Made by a program: the position numbers and the translations under genes | Part shown: positions 9,731-19,477 of the stretch, piece by piece | Layout of the letters: every line of letters begins with the position of its first letter | Numbering within the stretch: position 1 is the stretch's first letter | IMG/VR virus record: IMGVR_UViG_3300047160_004333 | Location: 4,097-68,096 of that record | From: a virus | Taxonomy: Duplodnaviria > Caudoviricetes | Reading direction: 5' to 3' (one strand) | Length of the DNA stretch: 64,000 nt | Notes under the pieces: generated by a model | Seen by the model: the letters and a program-made list of their open reading frames with translations, nothing else | What the model was told of the DNA's origin: nothing | The model's database searches: none

Positions 9731-10845
9731 TGGCCTTCCTCCGCCACCCCTTTGAAAAACAAATCGATGCTTCGGTGAAGCGCCGCCTGAAAGACCTCGG
9801 CGGCCATGCCGGCAAGGCCTGGGGCCACTCCGACATGAACGTGAAGACCAAGCTACCCAAGACGCATGCCGGGACCGAGCGGCCGAAAACCATTAGAGGC
9901 GGCACCGCACCAATCGCTGCCGGGGGCGTCACCAAGCATCGTCCCGACCGGCCGTCACTCAAGCGCTACGCCAAGGGTGGCAAAGTGAGAAAAGGGCATC
10001 ACACCACCAACAATATCGTGATTGCCCAGCATCCGGGTGGCTCTCCAACACCCGGTGGCCCGACACCCGTCCCGGTGCCGGTCCCTATGGGCGGGGGTGC
10101 TCCGCCGCTCCCAGCGGCTCGCCCTCCCATGCCCGCTCCCCCGCCCACTCTTCCCGCTGGCGGGCCCCCTGTCGGCCCGGCCGGTGGCGGGCTCCCCCTC
10201 ATGCGACCGCCCGGCATGGCGCACGGCGGCTACGTGCTATCCCCCGAGGAGCACTACTACTACAACTGGGGTGAAGGCTATAAACGTGGCGGACATGTGA
10301 AGAAGCGCAAGGAAGGCGGCTTCCTCGGCCATGAGCCGCCGCCCGGCCATACCTACAAGGGCTATCCGCACTCACCGACGACCGAGGAGGATGATGCGGT
10401 ATCGCCGACCAAACGCGGCGGTAAGGTTCCGAAAGGTTTCTTGAAGCACATCAAGAAGCACGCGAAAGGCGGTAAGGTCCACTCCGACGAGGCCGAGGAC
10501 CGCCAGCTTTTCCATCGCATGATGAAAGAAGGAAAGACCCACGAGAAAGGCGGCGAGAAGCGCGGCGGCCACGTCAAGCGCGCGCGCGGCGGCGTCGTCG
10601 GCGGCGGCAAGTTCCACAGCAAGGGCATGGCTCCGCATCACTGGGGCACCGGCATGACCGCACCCGGCGAGCGCCTCGACAGTGACGGCGAGGGCGGCAA
10701 GGTCGAGCGCGCCACCATCGAAACGCCGAAGGTTTCTGCTCCCGGCGCGCTCGTGCATATGACGGCGGGCTCGTTCTCCGGCCTCGGCCGCTTGCAAAAG
10801 AGCAAGCTGCCGCAGACCGGCCGCACCTCGAAAGCGGAGATGTAA
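9730..10845 (+). CDS. Low-complexity K/G/P/H-rich protein with 8 xxGGx[VL] motifs; putative internal head protein
   Basis: TAATG coupling on both sides; located in the head module. Confidence 0.7.
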   Translation: MAFLRHPFEKQIDASVKRRLKDLGGHAGKAWGHSDMNVKTKLPKTHAGTERPKTIRGGTAPIAAGGVTKHRPDRPSLKRYAKGGKVRKGHHTTNNIVIAQHPGGSPTPGGPTPVPVPVPMGGGAPPLPAARPPMPAPPPTLPAGGPPVGPAGGGLPLMRPPGMAHGGYVLSPEEHYYYNWGEGYKRGGHVKKRKEGGFLGHEPPPGHTYKGYPHSPTTEEDDAVSPTKRGGKVPKGFLKHIKKHAKGGKVHSDEAEDRQLFHRMMKEGKTHEKGGEKRGGHVKRARGGVVGGGKFHSKGMAPHHWGTGMTAPGERLDSDGEGGKVERATIETPKVSAPGALVHMTAGSFSGLGRLQKSKLPQTGRTSKAEM

Positions 10846-11099
10846 TGCCGTTGCTCTCGCACGAGGACTTTGCCTTTGCCCAGCGGCTGGAGCAGGCCAT
10901 CAACCGCGCGCTCTACGGCGATGACCAGATCTCCGGGTTGTTCCGGCAGATGCTGGGCTCGGGCGGCGGCGACAATTTTCACTATATCCGTGGTATGATC
11001 ACCGCATATGAAGCGGTGCTTGGCGACATGCGTACCATCACCCAGGCGATGAACAACGAGGAGGCCGGGCGCTTCGAGCGACCCCTGGCGATGAACTGA
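10845..11099 (+). CDS. Hypothetical protein
   Basis: Translationally coupled to both neighbours. Confidence 0.7.
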   Translation: MPLLSHEDFAFAQRLEQAINRALYGDDQISGLFRQMLGSGGGDNFHYIRGMITAYEAVLGDMRTITQAMNNEEAGRFERPLAMN

Positions 11100-11659
11100 T
11101 GGCATCAGAACTGTTTGCATCCGGGGTCCCCCGGATCGGCAATCTTCCGCACGTTTTCCGCGAGTATCCTTCCACCAGTGCCGCATCTGGTACCGGGCCG
11201 CGCACCACCATCACCATGGCGCAAGGTCCGGTGCAGCCGTGGGCGAACGATGAGGAAGGCGAGGAGTACACCGCCGACCCGAAGGCGTTCCTGCTCAAGA
11301 GGTGTGCCGACTTCATGAACAATATCAAGCTCATGCACAACTGGCTGACGCTCGCGACCTATTGGCTACCGCCGTTCGTCACGCTGCCCAACGGTACGCG
11401 GTTTTATCGCACTGACAAGTCGATGGACGAGGCCATGTACCAGGGTAAATGCGGCCTGGTCATCGCCAAGGGCAAGCTGGCGTTCGTCGACGATCCTGCG
11501 GCAGGCGTGGAGTTCAAAGGCCAGAACGTCGAGATCGGCGACTGGGTCTATTTCGACTTCCACGATGGCCGCCAATGCACCATCAACCGGGTCCACTGTC
11601 GGCACCTGAAGGATGTCAGTGTCTTAGGAACCACCGACAATCCTGAACTGGTCTACTGA
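11099..11659 (+). CDS. GroES-like co-chaperonin domain protein
   Basis: GKCGLVIAKGKLAF, VEIGDWVYF, CRHLKD.SVLG..DNPE pattern; head-module position. Confidence 0.65.
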   Translation: MASELFASGVPRIGNLPHVFREYPSTSAASGTGPRTTITMAQGPVQPWANDEEGEEYTADPKAFLLKRCADFMNNIKLMHNWLTLATYWLPPFVTLPNGTRFYRTDKSMDEAMYQGKCGLVIAKGKLAFVDDPAAGVEFKGQNVEIGDWVYFDFHDGRQCTINRVHCRHLKDVSVLGTTDNPELVY

Positions 11660-11669
11660 GGAGGCGGAC

Positions 11670-12002
11670 TTGGGCACAGTCACGATTACGAGCGCGGGAT
11701 TTGCGGCCTTGCCCGCGACGGCTCCATCCCCCTGGCCCACCAATCTGGTCTGGCCCGCGAGCGGCAGCGTGAATGGCAGCAAGGCTTACACAATTTCCGA
11801 TGCCGACATCCAGCAGATGCTGTCGTGGATCGCCAAGGAATACAACGCTAGCCTGGTCGGCACCAGCCCGCCGCCGGTGACGGTCGCGGCGGTGGGGTAT
11901 TTTCTGGCCTGGCTGCAGGGGTTCATGCAGAACACGACACATTTGGTCCAGACCCACATGACGCCGGGGCCAGCGCCGCCGCCGCCGATCAGCATCTCCT
12001 GA
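11670..12002 (+). CDS. Hypothetical protein (TTG start)
   Basis: Strong SD GAGGAGG upstream. Confidence 0.6.
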   Translation: MGTVTITSAGFAALPATAPSPWPTNLVWPASGSVNGSKAYTISDADIQQMLSWIAKEYNASLVGTSPPPVTVAAVGYFLAWLQGFMQNTTHLVQTHMTPGPAPPPPISIS

Positions 12003-12020
12003 CACTCTATATATTAATGT

Positions 12021-13043
12021 GTGGCCGACATGGCTGACGAACCCGAGGAAGAGGACATCCCGCCGGAAGAGCCGGTCGAGCCGGTCGAGCCGGTCGAGCC
12101 GCCGCCGGAATTGCCTAAGCCGCCGCCACGACAGCAGGAAAACGAGGCCGACCAGCAGCGTGGCGGCAAGAAGGCCACCGCGCCAGTCCCGCCGCGCCAG
12201 CCGCTTCCACCTTCGGAGGGCCTGGAAGACCTCCAGCGGCAACTCAGCGAGGAGCGGGATCGCAGCGCGCGGGCCGAAGCCGAGACCCGCCGTCTCGCTA
12301 CCGAGCGCAACCAAGCCATTGCTTATGCACAGGAAGCTGAGCGGCGCGGCATAAGCACCCAGGAACTGATGATCGAGGACCAGCTTAAGGGCATGTCCTC
12401 GCAGCTGGATACTCTGGTCGAGCAGCAGACGGCGGCCTGGAACGAGGGCGACTTCGCCAAGGCTTCGCAGATCAATCGCAAGCTGCAGGAGCTTACGGTC
12501 GCGCATGGGTTTGCGTCCGAGAAGAAGCTCTGGCTGACACAGCAGCGCGAGCGCGCCGCGCAGCAGCAGCAACCGCGTGCGGCGCAACCGGCGGAGGGAG
12601 AGCCACCTGCCGATCCGTGGGAGGCCAAGATTGTCGGCAAATACACGCCGCAGACCGTGGCTTTCCTGCGCAAGCACAAAGACTTGGTGCGCCACGACGG
12701 CACTGTCAAACGTATCGCCGTACAGGCACACGAGGCGGCACTCGACGAAGGCTTGGTGCCCGACAGTCAGAGCTATTTCGATTATGTCGAGAAGGTTTTG
12801 GCTGGCGATAATGGGGCCATGTCAGCGGCCGAGCCTCCTCCTGCTCCCGCGCCCCGTGCGGGCGCACCCAGCATCGCTGCGCCGGTATCGCGCGGCAATG
12901 TGCGTGTGCCTGGAGGGGGCGGCAAGCCGACACCGACGCCGACCATGCGCCGTCTGGCAGCAGAACAAGGCGTGTCCGTCGATGACTGGATGGCGCACTA
13001 CCAACGGCTGCTGGCGTTGGGGAAGATATCTCCGGTGCAGTGA
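12021..13043 (+). CDS. Capsid scaffolding protein
   Basis: Acidic/Pro-rich N-terminus (EPV x3), long coiled coil, short C-terminal helical domain; upstream of capsid genes. Confidence 0.75.
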   Translation: MADMADEPEEEDIPPEEPVEPVEPVEPPPELPKPPPRQQENEADQQRGGKKATAPVPPRQPLPPSEGLEDLQRQLSEERDRSARAEAETRRLATERNQAIAYAQEAERRGISTQELMIEDQLKGMSSQLDTLVEQQTAAWNEGDFAKASQINRKLQELTVAHGFASEKKLWLTQQRERAAQQQQPRAAQPAEGEPPADPWEAKIVGKYTPQTVAFLRKHKDLVRHDGTVKRIAVQAHEAALDEGLVPDSQSYFDYVEKVLAGDNGAMSAAEPPPAPAPRAGAPSIAAPVSRGNVRVPGGGGKPTPTPTMRRLAAEQGVSVDDWMAHYQRLLALGKISPVQ

Positions 13044-13118
13044 ACGAAATGAGAACACGGCCGTGGACTAATAACTCCTTTTGTTCCAGGCAGAATTAGT
13101 CCACAGAAGGATCAAGCC

Positions 13119-13670
13119 ATGAACCGCATTCCTTCCCCCATCCGCGAGAACCCGCGTACCGAAATGCCGGGCGAGTTCGAGCCGCCGGTACGCATCCCGG
13201 TGCGGGATGCCATCCGCCCCATCGATGACGGCCGTGAGCGGTTGCGTTCGGGGGCCTCCAACGTCAATCCATTCGAGATCGGCGATATCGTTCGGGCCTA
13301 TGCGCCAACCGGCGGCAGGCGGCCAGAGGGCGAGATCGACCTCAACTGGAAGCGTTACGAGGTCTATGGCAAGCGCGACTATGCCGAGATGCGGGTCTAC
13401 GAGGAGCAGGGCTGGCGCGCGGTCCAGCACGAGATGTTTCCCGGCCGGTTCGCGCCCGAAGGAACGACCGGCCCAATCATCGTCAAGGACATGATCCTCA
13501 TGGAAAGACCGATGCGCTTGACAATCCAGGCGCGACAGGAAGAATTGGACGCGGCGAATCGCGCCATGCAGGTTCACCAGAAAGCCATGGCCGAGACGCC
13601 GGAAGGACAAGCCCCGCGTATGCGACCTGTGTTGAGGTCTACGCGGGAAGCCATCGAAATCCCGGAGTGA
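13119..13670 (+). CDS. Conserved head-module protein
   Basis: SD AAGGA; GW..V...GPIIVKDMILMERP pattern; lies between scaffold and capsid. Confidence 0.7.
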   Translation: MNRIPSPIRENPRTEMPGEFEPPVRIPVRDAIRPIDDGRERLRSGASNVNPFEIGDIVRAYAPTGGRRPEGEIDLNWKRYEVYGKRDYAEMRVYEEQGWRAVQHEMFPGRFAPEGTTGPIIVKDMILMERPMRLTIQARQEELDAANRAMQVHQKAMAETPEGQAPRMRPVLRSTREAIEIPE

Positions 13671-13785
13671 CCTTAAGGTTGCTCTTGGTGCGGCCCAGAG
13701 CTTGAGCCGCCCGCGATAAGCGACTTTCCCGGACAGCGGCAGAGCTTGCCAAAGCCGGTCAACCCTCAACAGGGGAGGCCAGCTT

Positions 13786-14385
13786 ATGGCGAATCCCAAT
13801 GCGCCCTTCGGCTTCAAGCCGGTTCGCCGCCTCGATGGTGCGGCCTGGTCAGGCAACCTGACCACGCGCAAGGTGGCAGCTGCCAACACCAACGTGATGT
13901 GCAAGGGCGATATCGTCAAACAACTAAGCACCGGCTACATCGACATTGCGACGGCAACCCCCTCCGACCACAGCACGCTCGGTATCTTCTACGGTTGCCA
14001 CTTCTACAACAGCAGCGTCGGCTACAACGTCTGGAGCAATCGCTTCCCGGCAGGGGCGATCTCGGCGGGCGTCGATGTCGACGCCTTCATCATCGACGAT
14101 CCTAGCGTCGTGTTCGAGGTCATGGGGAGCGCGGCGGCGATCACGCTGGCATCGATTGGCCTCAACGCCGACTTTGTGGTGGCGACCGGCAATGCCCTCA
14201 ACGGCATCAGCGCCTGGACGCTCAACTCGGGCACGCTCGCCACCACGCCGACCTTCCCGTTCCGCGTCATCGGCCTGGGCAACTTCGGGGTGAACACCTC
14301 GCCCGGCTACGACGCAACAAGCGCAAACAACGTCGTCGAGGTCTGCTGGAACGACCAGTTCCTGCGGCAGATGACTGGCATCTGA
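13786..14385 (+). CDS. Capsid decoration/cement-like protein
   Basis: MAN.NAPFGFKPV N-terminus, GDIV motif, directly before the major capsid gene; SD GGGGAGG. Confidence 0.7.
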   Translation: MANPNAPFGFKPVRRLDGAAWSGNLTTRKVAAANTNVMCKGDIVKQLSTGYIDIATATPSDHSTLGIFYGCHFYNSSVGYNVWSNRFPAGAISAGVDVDAFIIDDPSVVFEVMGSAAAITLASIGLNADFVVATGNALNGISAWTLNSGTLATTPTFPFRVIGLGNFGVNTSPGYDATSANNVVEVCWNDQFLRQMTGI

Positions 14386-14397
14386 TGGAGGCTGACA

Positions 14398-15309
14398 ATG
14401 GCTATTGATCTCGCTTCCATCAAGAACGAGCTTTTTCCCGGGCTTGCCGCAGTTGAGGGAAGATATAAAAAGATCGAGACCAAGTGGTCGCGATTGTTCG
14501 AGAAGCGCAACTCGAAGATGGCGCTCGAACGCCGCACGCAGATGGCTTACTTGCCGCTCGCGCGCGAGAAGGCGGAAGGACAAAGCACTTACTTCGACGA
14601 CCGCGCTGGTGAACGCTGGCTCTATTCTGCCGAGATGCGAGAATTATCGTTGGGTTACCTCATCACCAGGAAGGCCGTGGAAGATAACCAATATAAAGCC
14701 GAGTTTAATCCTTCAAACTTAGGTTTGCAGGATGTATTTGCGACCACGAAAGAAATCTACGCCGCAAACATTTTCAATAACGGCTCGGTGTTCGACACGA
14801 CCGTCGGCGGCGATGGTGTCTCGCTCTTCAACACCGCGCATCCGATCGACAACGGTACCGTCGCCAATCGGCCCACCACCGACATCGACCTCAACGAATC
14901 GTCGCTTCTCACCGCAATGACGACGATCCGCAACACCTGGGTCGACGAGCGCAACATCAAGATCGCCGCGCGCGCAGACGTGCTGCTCGTGCCCGCACCG
15001 CTTGAGCCTGTCGCTGTCAGATTGCTCAGAACTCCTTTAAGACCGGGAACTTCCGATAACGACGTGAATGCTATCTTGCATGTCGGCGGAGGTATGAGGG
15101 ACTATATCGTCAATGAGTTTCTAACCTCGGCGTTTGCATGGTTCGTCAAAACCGATAAGCGCGGCCTCATCTATTACGAGCGCATACCCTTCGAGCTCGA
15201 TATGTACGTCGATTTTGATACAGACAATTTAAAAGTGAAAGGCCGGGAGCGCTACATCTTTTCGTACTTCGATTGGCGTGCGACCTACGGGACATTCCCT
15301 ACTGCGTAG
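14398..15309 (+). CDS. Major capsid protein (HK97 fold, Mu gpT-like)
   Basis: 303 aa; K.EG....D, L.Y.ITR.AVEDNQY, GDGVSLFNTAHP, LLVP..L, DFDT.N.K.K.RERY. Confidence 0.88.
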   Translation: MAIDLASIKNELFPGLAAVEGRYKKIETKWSRLFEKRNSKMALERRTQMAYLPLAREKAEGQSTYFDDRAGERWLYSAEMRELSLGYLITRKAVEDNQYKAEFNPSNLGLQDVFATTKEIYAANIFNNGSVFDTTVGGDGVSLFNTAHPIDNGTVANRPTTDIDLNESSLLTAMTTIRNTWVDERNIKIAARADVLLVPAPLEPVAVRLLRTPLRPGTSDNDVNAILHVGGGMRDYIVNEFLTSAFAWFVKTDKRGLIYYERIPFELDMYVDFDTDNLKVKGRERYIFSYFDWRATYGTFPTA

Positions 15310-15349
15310 CGGTAAATCTTGACTGGGCCGTAGGAGGGGGTGTTCAATC

Positions 15350-15376
15350 TGAGAATCTCAACTATGGAGATTCTCA
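15350..15376 (+). promoter_or_regulatory. Hairpin sequestering the SD of the downstream HNH gene
   Basis: TGAGAATCTC-aactatg-GAGATTCTCA; GGAG lies in loop/3' arm; ATG at 15377. Confidence 0.8.
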
Positions 15377-15910
15377 ATGCGCAACGACCTAACGCAGGAG
15401 CAAGTTCGCAGACAGTTCACATACAGCCCGAAAGAAGGACTTCTTCGATATCGTAATCCGACCGTTGTTCAGGGAAAGATTGTTCCACCAGGAACAATTG
15501 CTGGTCACGTTCACAAGGAAGGCTATCGATATGTTTCGGTTAATGGAGTTCAGTATCGAGGGTCACGGGTGATCTGGTTGTATGTGACGGGGCAGTGGCC
15601 CGTACATAAGATCGACCATAAAGACTGTAACCCGACAAACGACAAGTTCGAGAATCTGAGAGAAGCAAGCGATAGTCAACAAAAACAGAACAACCGCAAG
15701 CGCAAGGACAGCAAGACTGGATACAAGTGTGTTACCTACTATGAAGATCCGAGGTATCGAGACGGTAAACATTATCGGTGGAAAGTTGTGGTGAACGGTA
15801 AGCGCATCAAATCGAGCCAGCGGTACTTTACCGCCAAGGAAGCCTATGAGGCTTATTGCGCGAAGCTCGTCGAGTTCCATGGCGAGTTCGCTAATGATGG
15901 AGAGGCCTAA
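15377..15910 (+). CDS. HNH homing endonuclease
   Basis: LTQEQVRRQFTYSP..G, IDHKDCNPTNDKFENLREAS..QQKQN; visibly AT-richer than neighbours. Confidence 0.9.
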   Translation: MRNDLTQEQVRRQFTYSPKEGLLRYRNPTVVQGKIVPPGTIAGHVHKEGYRYVSVNGVQYRGSRVIWLYVTGQWPVHKIDHKDCNPTNDKFENLREASDSQQKQNNRKRKDSKTGYKCVTYYEDPRYRDGKHYRWKVVVNGKRIKSSQRYFTAKEAYEAYCAKLVEFHGEFANDGEA

Positions 15911-16809
15911 TGGGCATTAGCGCATCGTCTGGCCCGATCATCACCTATGGGCAGGGTCAAACCGGCTCTGACTTCAACGCGCAGGCCGGTCCCAATCTCT
16001 GGTATCAGAGCTTCGGGCTGCTCGATCCGCGCCAGTTTGCAACCTACATCCCCGGCCAATCCGACGCTTCATTTGTCGCCGGCTTGTTCTCGGGCGGCGG
16101 CGGCTGGCTGACCTCGGACTACGCGCCGACGGCGTTGAGCACGACGTCCATCGTCAACTCGCAATCGCCTGCGGGCGCGGGCGGCGTCACGCTGGTCTCG
16201 GCCTCAGGCTCCGGCGTCACCGTTGGCCAATCCGTGCAGCGCATGGACAATGGACAAATGACGCCCTCGACGCTGCTCGCTATCGATGGCGGCACTGGAC
16301 GTATCCCGTTCGGTGCGGCGCAGACGATCCAGATCTGGGACCCGGCCAAGATCGTCGGCCGCGTGCTCAGTTATGTCGCGGCGACCGGCACGCCCACGCT
16401 CACCGTCAACGGCTTTGATGCCTACGGTCAGCCGCTGTCGGAGTCGAAGGCCACCACCAGTTCTCCAGCAAACGGCAGCAAGGCGTTTAAGTACATCCTC
16501 AGCGTAACCACGAGTGGCGCGGCGACCGGCGTCTCCATCGGCACGACGGATACCTTTGGCGTGCCGCTGGTCTGCCCGTCCTGGCCCTATTTTGACATCT
16601 ACTGGAACAACGCATTGATTACGGCGACGACCGGCTTCACCGCCGCGCTGACGCCGGGGCCATCGACCATCAACAGCGCGGACGTGCGCGGCACCTATGC
16701 GGTGCAAAGCGCCTCCGATGGCACCAAGCGGTTAATTATGTTCCAAGCGATCCCGCCGTCGCTGATCGCGACACCGTTCGGCATAGCGCAGTTCGCGAAT
16801 GCCTTCTAG
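15910..16809 (+). CDS. Virion structural protein
   Basis: Beta/T/S/G-rich; TAATG coupling; position after capsid gene. Confidence 0.7.
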   Translation: MGISASSGPIITYGQGQTGSDFNAQAGPNLWYQSFGLLDPRQFATYIPGQSDASFVAGLFSGGGGWLTSDYAPTALSTTSIVNSQSPAGAGGVTLVSASGSGVTVGQSVQRMDNGQMTPSTLLAIDGGTGRIPFGAAQTIQIWDPAKIVGRVLSYVAATGTPTLTVNGFDAYGQPLSESKATTSSPANGSKAFKYILSVTTSGAATGVSIGTTDTFGVPLVCPSWPYFDIYWNNALITATTGFTAALTPGPSTINSADVRGTYAVQSASDGTKRLIMFQAIPPSLIATPFGIAQFANAF

Positions 16810-16817
16810 GAGGACGC

Positions 16818-17573
16818 ATGGCTCGTCCGCCCAAAGGTCCAGTCGGCAACTCGCCGCGCGACCTGCGCGACGATGCTGTCGGTGTGCCCGCCGAGAAGCT
16901 TGAAGACGGGCCGCCGATGCGGTGGCCGCCCAACCCCAAGTACATCAAGCGAGATACGTTTCATGCCAAGGTCGGCGGCGGCGGTAGCCGCCATCGTGCC
17001 GACCGGGCAGGGCATTTCCGCAAGGGCGGCTGGGTGAAAGGCGGCACGACGCACAGCGAGGCGGAAGCCGGCGCCAGAAAGCAGGCCGAAAGCAATCTCA
17101 GCGCGCTCGGGCAGATGTCGTCACAGGGGTCGCGCTATCACAAGAACAAGGGCGCATATGCGCGCGGCGGCCGCATCGGCGACCTGCCCTACGGCAGCGG
17201 CGTTGCGAAAGGTTATATCCATAGTACGACCGCCAAGGAAGGCGTGCATCGTGAGCACACCCGCAGTGAGGGCGAGTTCGACGGCACCAACAAGCGCGGC
17301 GGCCACGTCAAGAAGCATGTCGACGGCGGCTATGTCAAAGGCGGCAAGCTGTCGATGGCACAGCGCAAAGCACTGCCCGCCAAGTCCTTCGCGCTCCCCG
17401 GCAAGGGCGCGGGACCGAGCGGCAAGGGCGCAGGCAGCTATCCCATCAATGACCCTTCACATGCTAGGAATGCTTTGGCCAGAGTCTCCCAACACGGGTC
17501 GCCAGCAGAGAAAGCTGCGGTGCGCGCCAAAGTTCACGCCAAGTTTCCCGGTATCGGGCAGAAGGAAAAATAG
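16818..17573 (+). CDS. Basic GG-motif protein with C-terminal DUF6582-like domain
   Basis: 5 xxGGx[VIL] motifs; QRKALPAKSFALP...YPINDPSHARNALAR. Confidence 0.6.
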   Translation: MARPPKGPVGNSPRDLRDDAVGVPAEKLEDGPPMRWPPNPKYIKRDTFHAKVGGGGSRHRADRAGHFRKGGWVKGGTTHSEAEAGARKQAESNLSALGQMSSQGSRYHKNKGAYARGGRIGDLPYGSGVAKGYIHSTTAKEGVHREHTRSEGEFDGTNKRGGHVKKHVDGGYVKGGKLSMAQRKALPAKSFALPGKGAGPSGKGAGSYPINDPSHARNALARVSQHGSPAEKAAVRAKVHAKFPGIGQKEK

Positions 17574-17577
17574 GGAA

Positions 17578-17637
17578 GGAGAACGCCAGGCCTTTGTCCG
17601 CCCTCCTCTCCACCGCATGCGCGGCCTGGCGCTCTCC
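17578..17637. repeat. 15-bp near-perfect inverted repeat with 30-nt loop
   Basis: GGAGAACGCCAGGCC / GGCCTGGCGCTCTCC, one mismatch. Confidence 0.75.
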
Positions 17638-17648
17638 GCTTGAAATGA

Positions 17649-18293
17649 ATGGGACTGATCCGCACGGCAACGGTTGGTATCGCAGCGGCGAACGCGGCAG
17701 GCATCGCCGCCAACGCCACGCCTGCGGCAGGCGCTGCGTTTACACTGACGGCATCGCCGGTCGTGCTCGACCAGGCGCGCCGCGTCATTATCACCTCGGC
17801 GGGTAACGACTCGACCCGCACCTTCACCATCACCGGCACCAACCGCTCGGGCAACATTATCTCCGAGACAATCACGGGCGGTAACATCGCTGCCGTGTCG
17901 ACGGTGAACGACTTCAAAACGGTTAGCGCGGTGGTCAACAATGGCCCTGGCGCGGTGGCGGCGACCGGCGCGACTGTCGGCACCTCGGGTGTGGCCTCGA
18001 CGCAGTGGTTCAATATCGACGGCAATGCCGATCCCATCAGCATCAGCGTTGACGTGATCGTGTCTGGGACCATCAACTATTCGGTCGAATACACCTACGA
18101 CGACCCCAACGTGGTCACGGCACCAACGGTGTGGACGATTGCGGGTGGTTCGCTCACGAGCAAGACCGCGAACGCGGATAGCCAGGCCAACCCGTTCAAC
18201 TTCCCGATCTGGGGTCTTCGGCTGACACAGAACTCGGCTACGCCGCCCGCGAGCGCGACCATCACCGTGCAGCAGGCGGGGCCGTACCATTGA
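17649..18293 (+). CDS. Virion structural protein
   Basis: Beta-rich, T/A/G-rich; overlaps the next gene. Confidence 0.7.
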   Translation: MGLIRTATVGIAAANAAGIAANATPAAGAAFTLTASPVVLDQARRVIITSAGNDSTRTFTITGTNRSGNIISETITGGNIAAVSTVNDFKTVSAVVNNGPGAVAATGATVGTSGVASTQWFNIDGNADPISISVDVIVSGTINYSVEYTYDDPNVVTAPTVWTIAGGSLTSKTANADSQANPFNFPIWGLRLTQNSATPPASATITVQQAGPYH

Positions 18294-18985
18294 CCACAAC
18301 CGGAACCTACGCATTTTCCCCGGCGCTCGCTGACCTCATCATCGCGGCCTATGGCCGCTGTCAGGTCCGCCGCACCGCGCTGACCTCCGACCATCTCGCC
18401 GATGCGGCGATAGCGGCAAACCTGCTGCAAGTGAAGTGGGCCGCGCACCAGGTCAATCTGTGGACGGTCGACCTGCAAACCATCGTGCTGTCGCCCAACG
18501 TGGCGACCTACAACGTCGATCCCGCCACGGTGATGATCATGGCGGCATATATCGGCACCGGCTTTGGTCCCGAGACCGACCGCATCATCATCTCCATCGA
18601 CCGCGACACCTATGCTTCGTTTCCCGATAAGCAGACACCGGGACCGCCAACGGTGTACTGGTTCAACAAGCAAATCCAACCCACCATCACGCTGTGGCAA
18701 CCACCCGACAGCGCGCAGCAGTACACGCTCAACTTCTACCGTGCGCGCCAGATCCAGGACGTCACCATCGGCAGCGGCACCAATGCCGAAGTGCCGTATC
18801 GTTTCCTGGAGGCATACGTGTCGGGGCTCGCCGTCAAGCTGGCGGAAATCTACGAGCCCGCAGCACTCCCGCGGCTGAAGATGGAAGCGCAGGAGGCCTG
18901 GAACGAGGCCTCCAACCGCGATGTCGAGAACGCACCGCTGCGCATCGTGCCAGCGCTGTGGACGTATGCGTCTTCCGTTTATTGA
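18290..18985 (+). CDS. Head-tail adaptor-like protein
   Basis: MTT.GT..F, G.P..YW....P.I.LW..PD, VP.RF.EA..SGLA.KLA pattern; position. Confidence 0.65.
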   Translation: MTTTGTYAFSPALADLIIAAYGRCQVRRTALTSDHLADAAIAANLLQVKWAAHQVNLWTVDLQTIVLSPNVATYNVDPATVMIMAAYIGTGFGPETDRIIISIDRDTYASFPDKQTPGPPTVYWFNKQIQPTITLWQPPDSAQQYTLNFYRARQIQDVTIGSGTNAEVPYRFLEAYVSGLAVKLAEIYEPAALPRLKMEAQEAWNEASNRDVENAPLRIVPALWTYASSVY

Positions 18986-18987
18986 GA

Positions 18988-19476
18988 ATGAAAATGACCG
19001 CCGAAGAAGTACGCGAGCTATTTGATTATGATGCCAACAGCGGGGAGCTGCGCTGGCGCGTGGGGCGTAGGGCCGGTTGTGTGGCGGGCACGGTGAGTAA
19101 GAATGGATATCGAGTAGTCTATGGCCGAGGAGGAAGGAAGTTTCGGAAGCTTCTCTATGTGCATCGTCTGATCTGGCTGTGGGTTTATGGTGAATGGCCG
19201 ACCATGCTCGATCATATCAGTGGAGACAAGACGGATAATCGGCTTACCAATCTGCGGCTGACGACAAAGTCTGGAAACAGCGCCAACTCAGGTCTTCAGG
19301 CGCGAAGCAAGAGCGGTTTCAAAGGTGTTTGGCGTCATGGTCCAAGTTGGGCAGCAAGCATCCGAAAGGACAACGTCACTTGTCATCTTGGTATCTTTCC
19401 TACGCCGGAGCTTGCGCATGCGGCTTATTGCAAAGCAGCGGCGGTGATGCACGGCGAGTTTGCGAGGAGTGCATGA
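18988..19476 (+). CDS. HNH homing endonuclease (HNH + AP2-like)
   Basis: TAEEVRELFDYD...G, VHRLIW, LDHISGDKTDNRLTNLR, GFKGV; start reassigned from 18694. Confidence 0.9.
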   Translation: MKMTAEEVRELFDYDANSGELRWRVGRRAGCVAGTVSKNGYRVVYGRGGRKFRKLLYVHRLIWLWVYGEWPTMLDHISGDKTDNRLTNLRLTTKSGNSANSGLQARSKSGFKGVWRHGPSWAASIRKDNVTCHLGIFPTPELAHAAYCKAAAVMHGEFARSA

Positions 19477-19477
19477 T

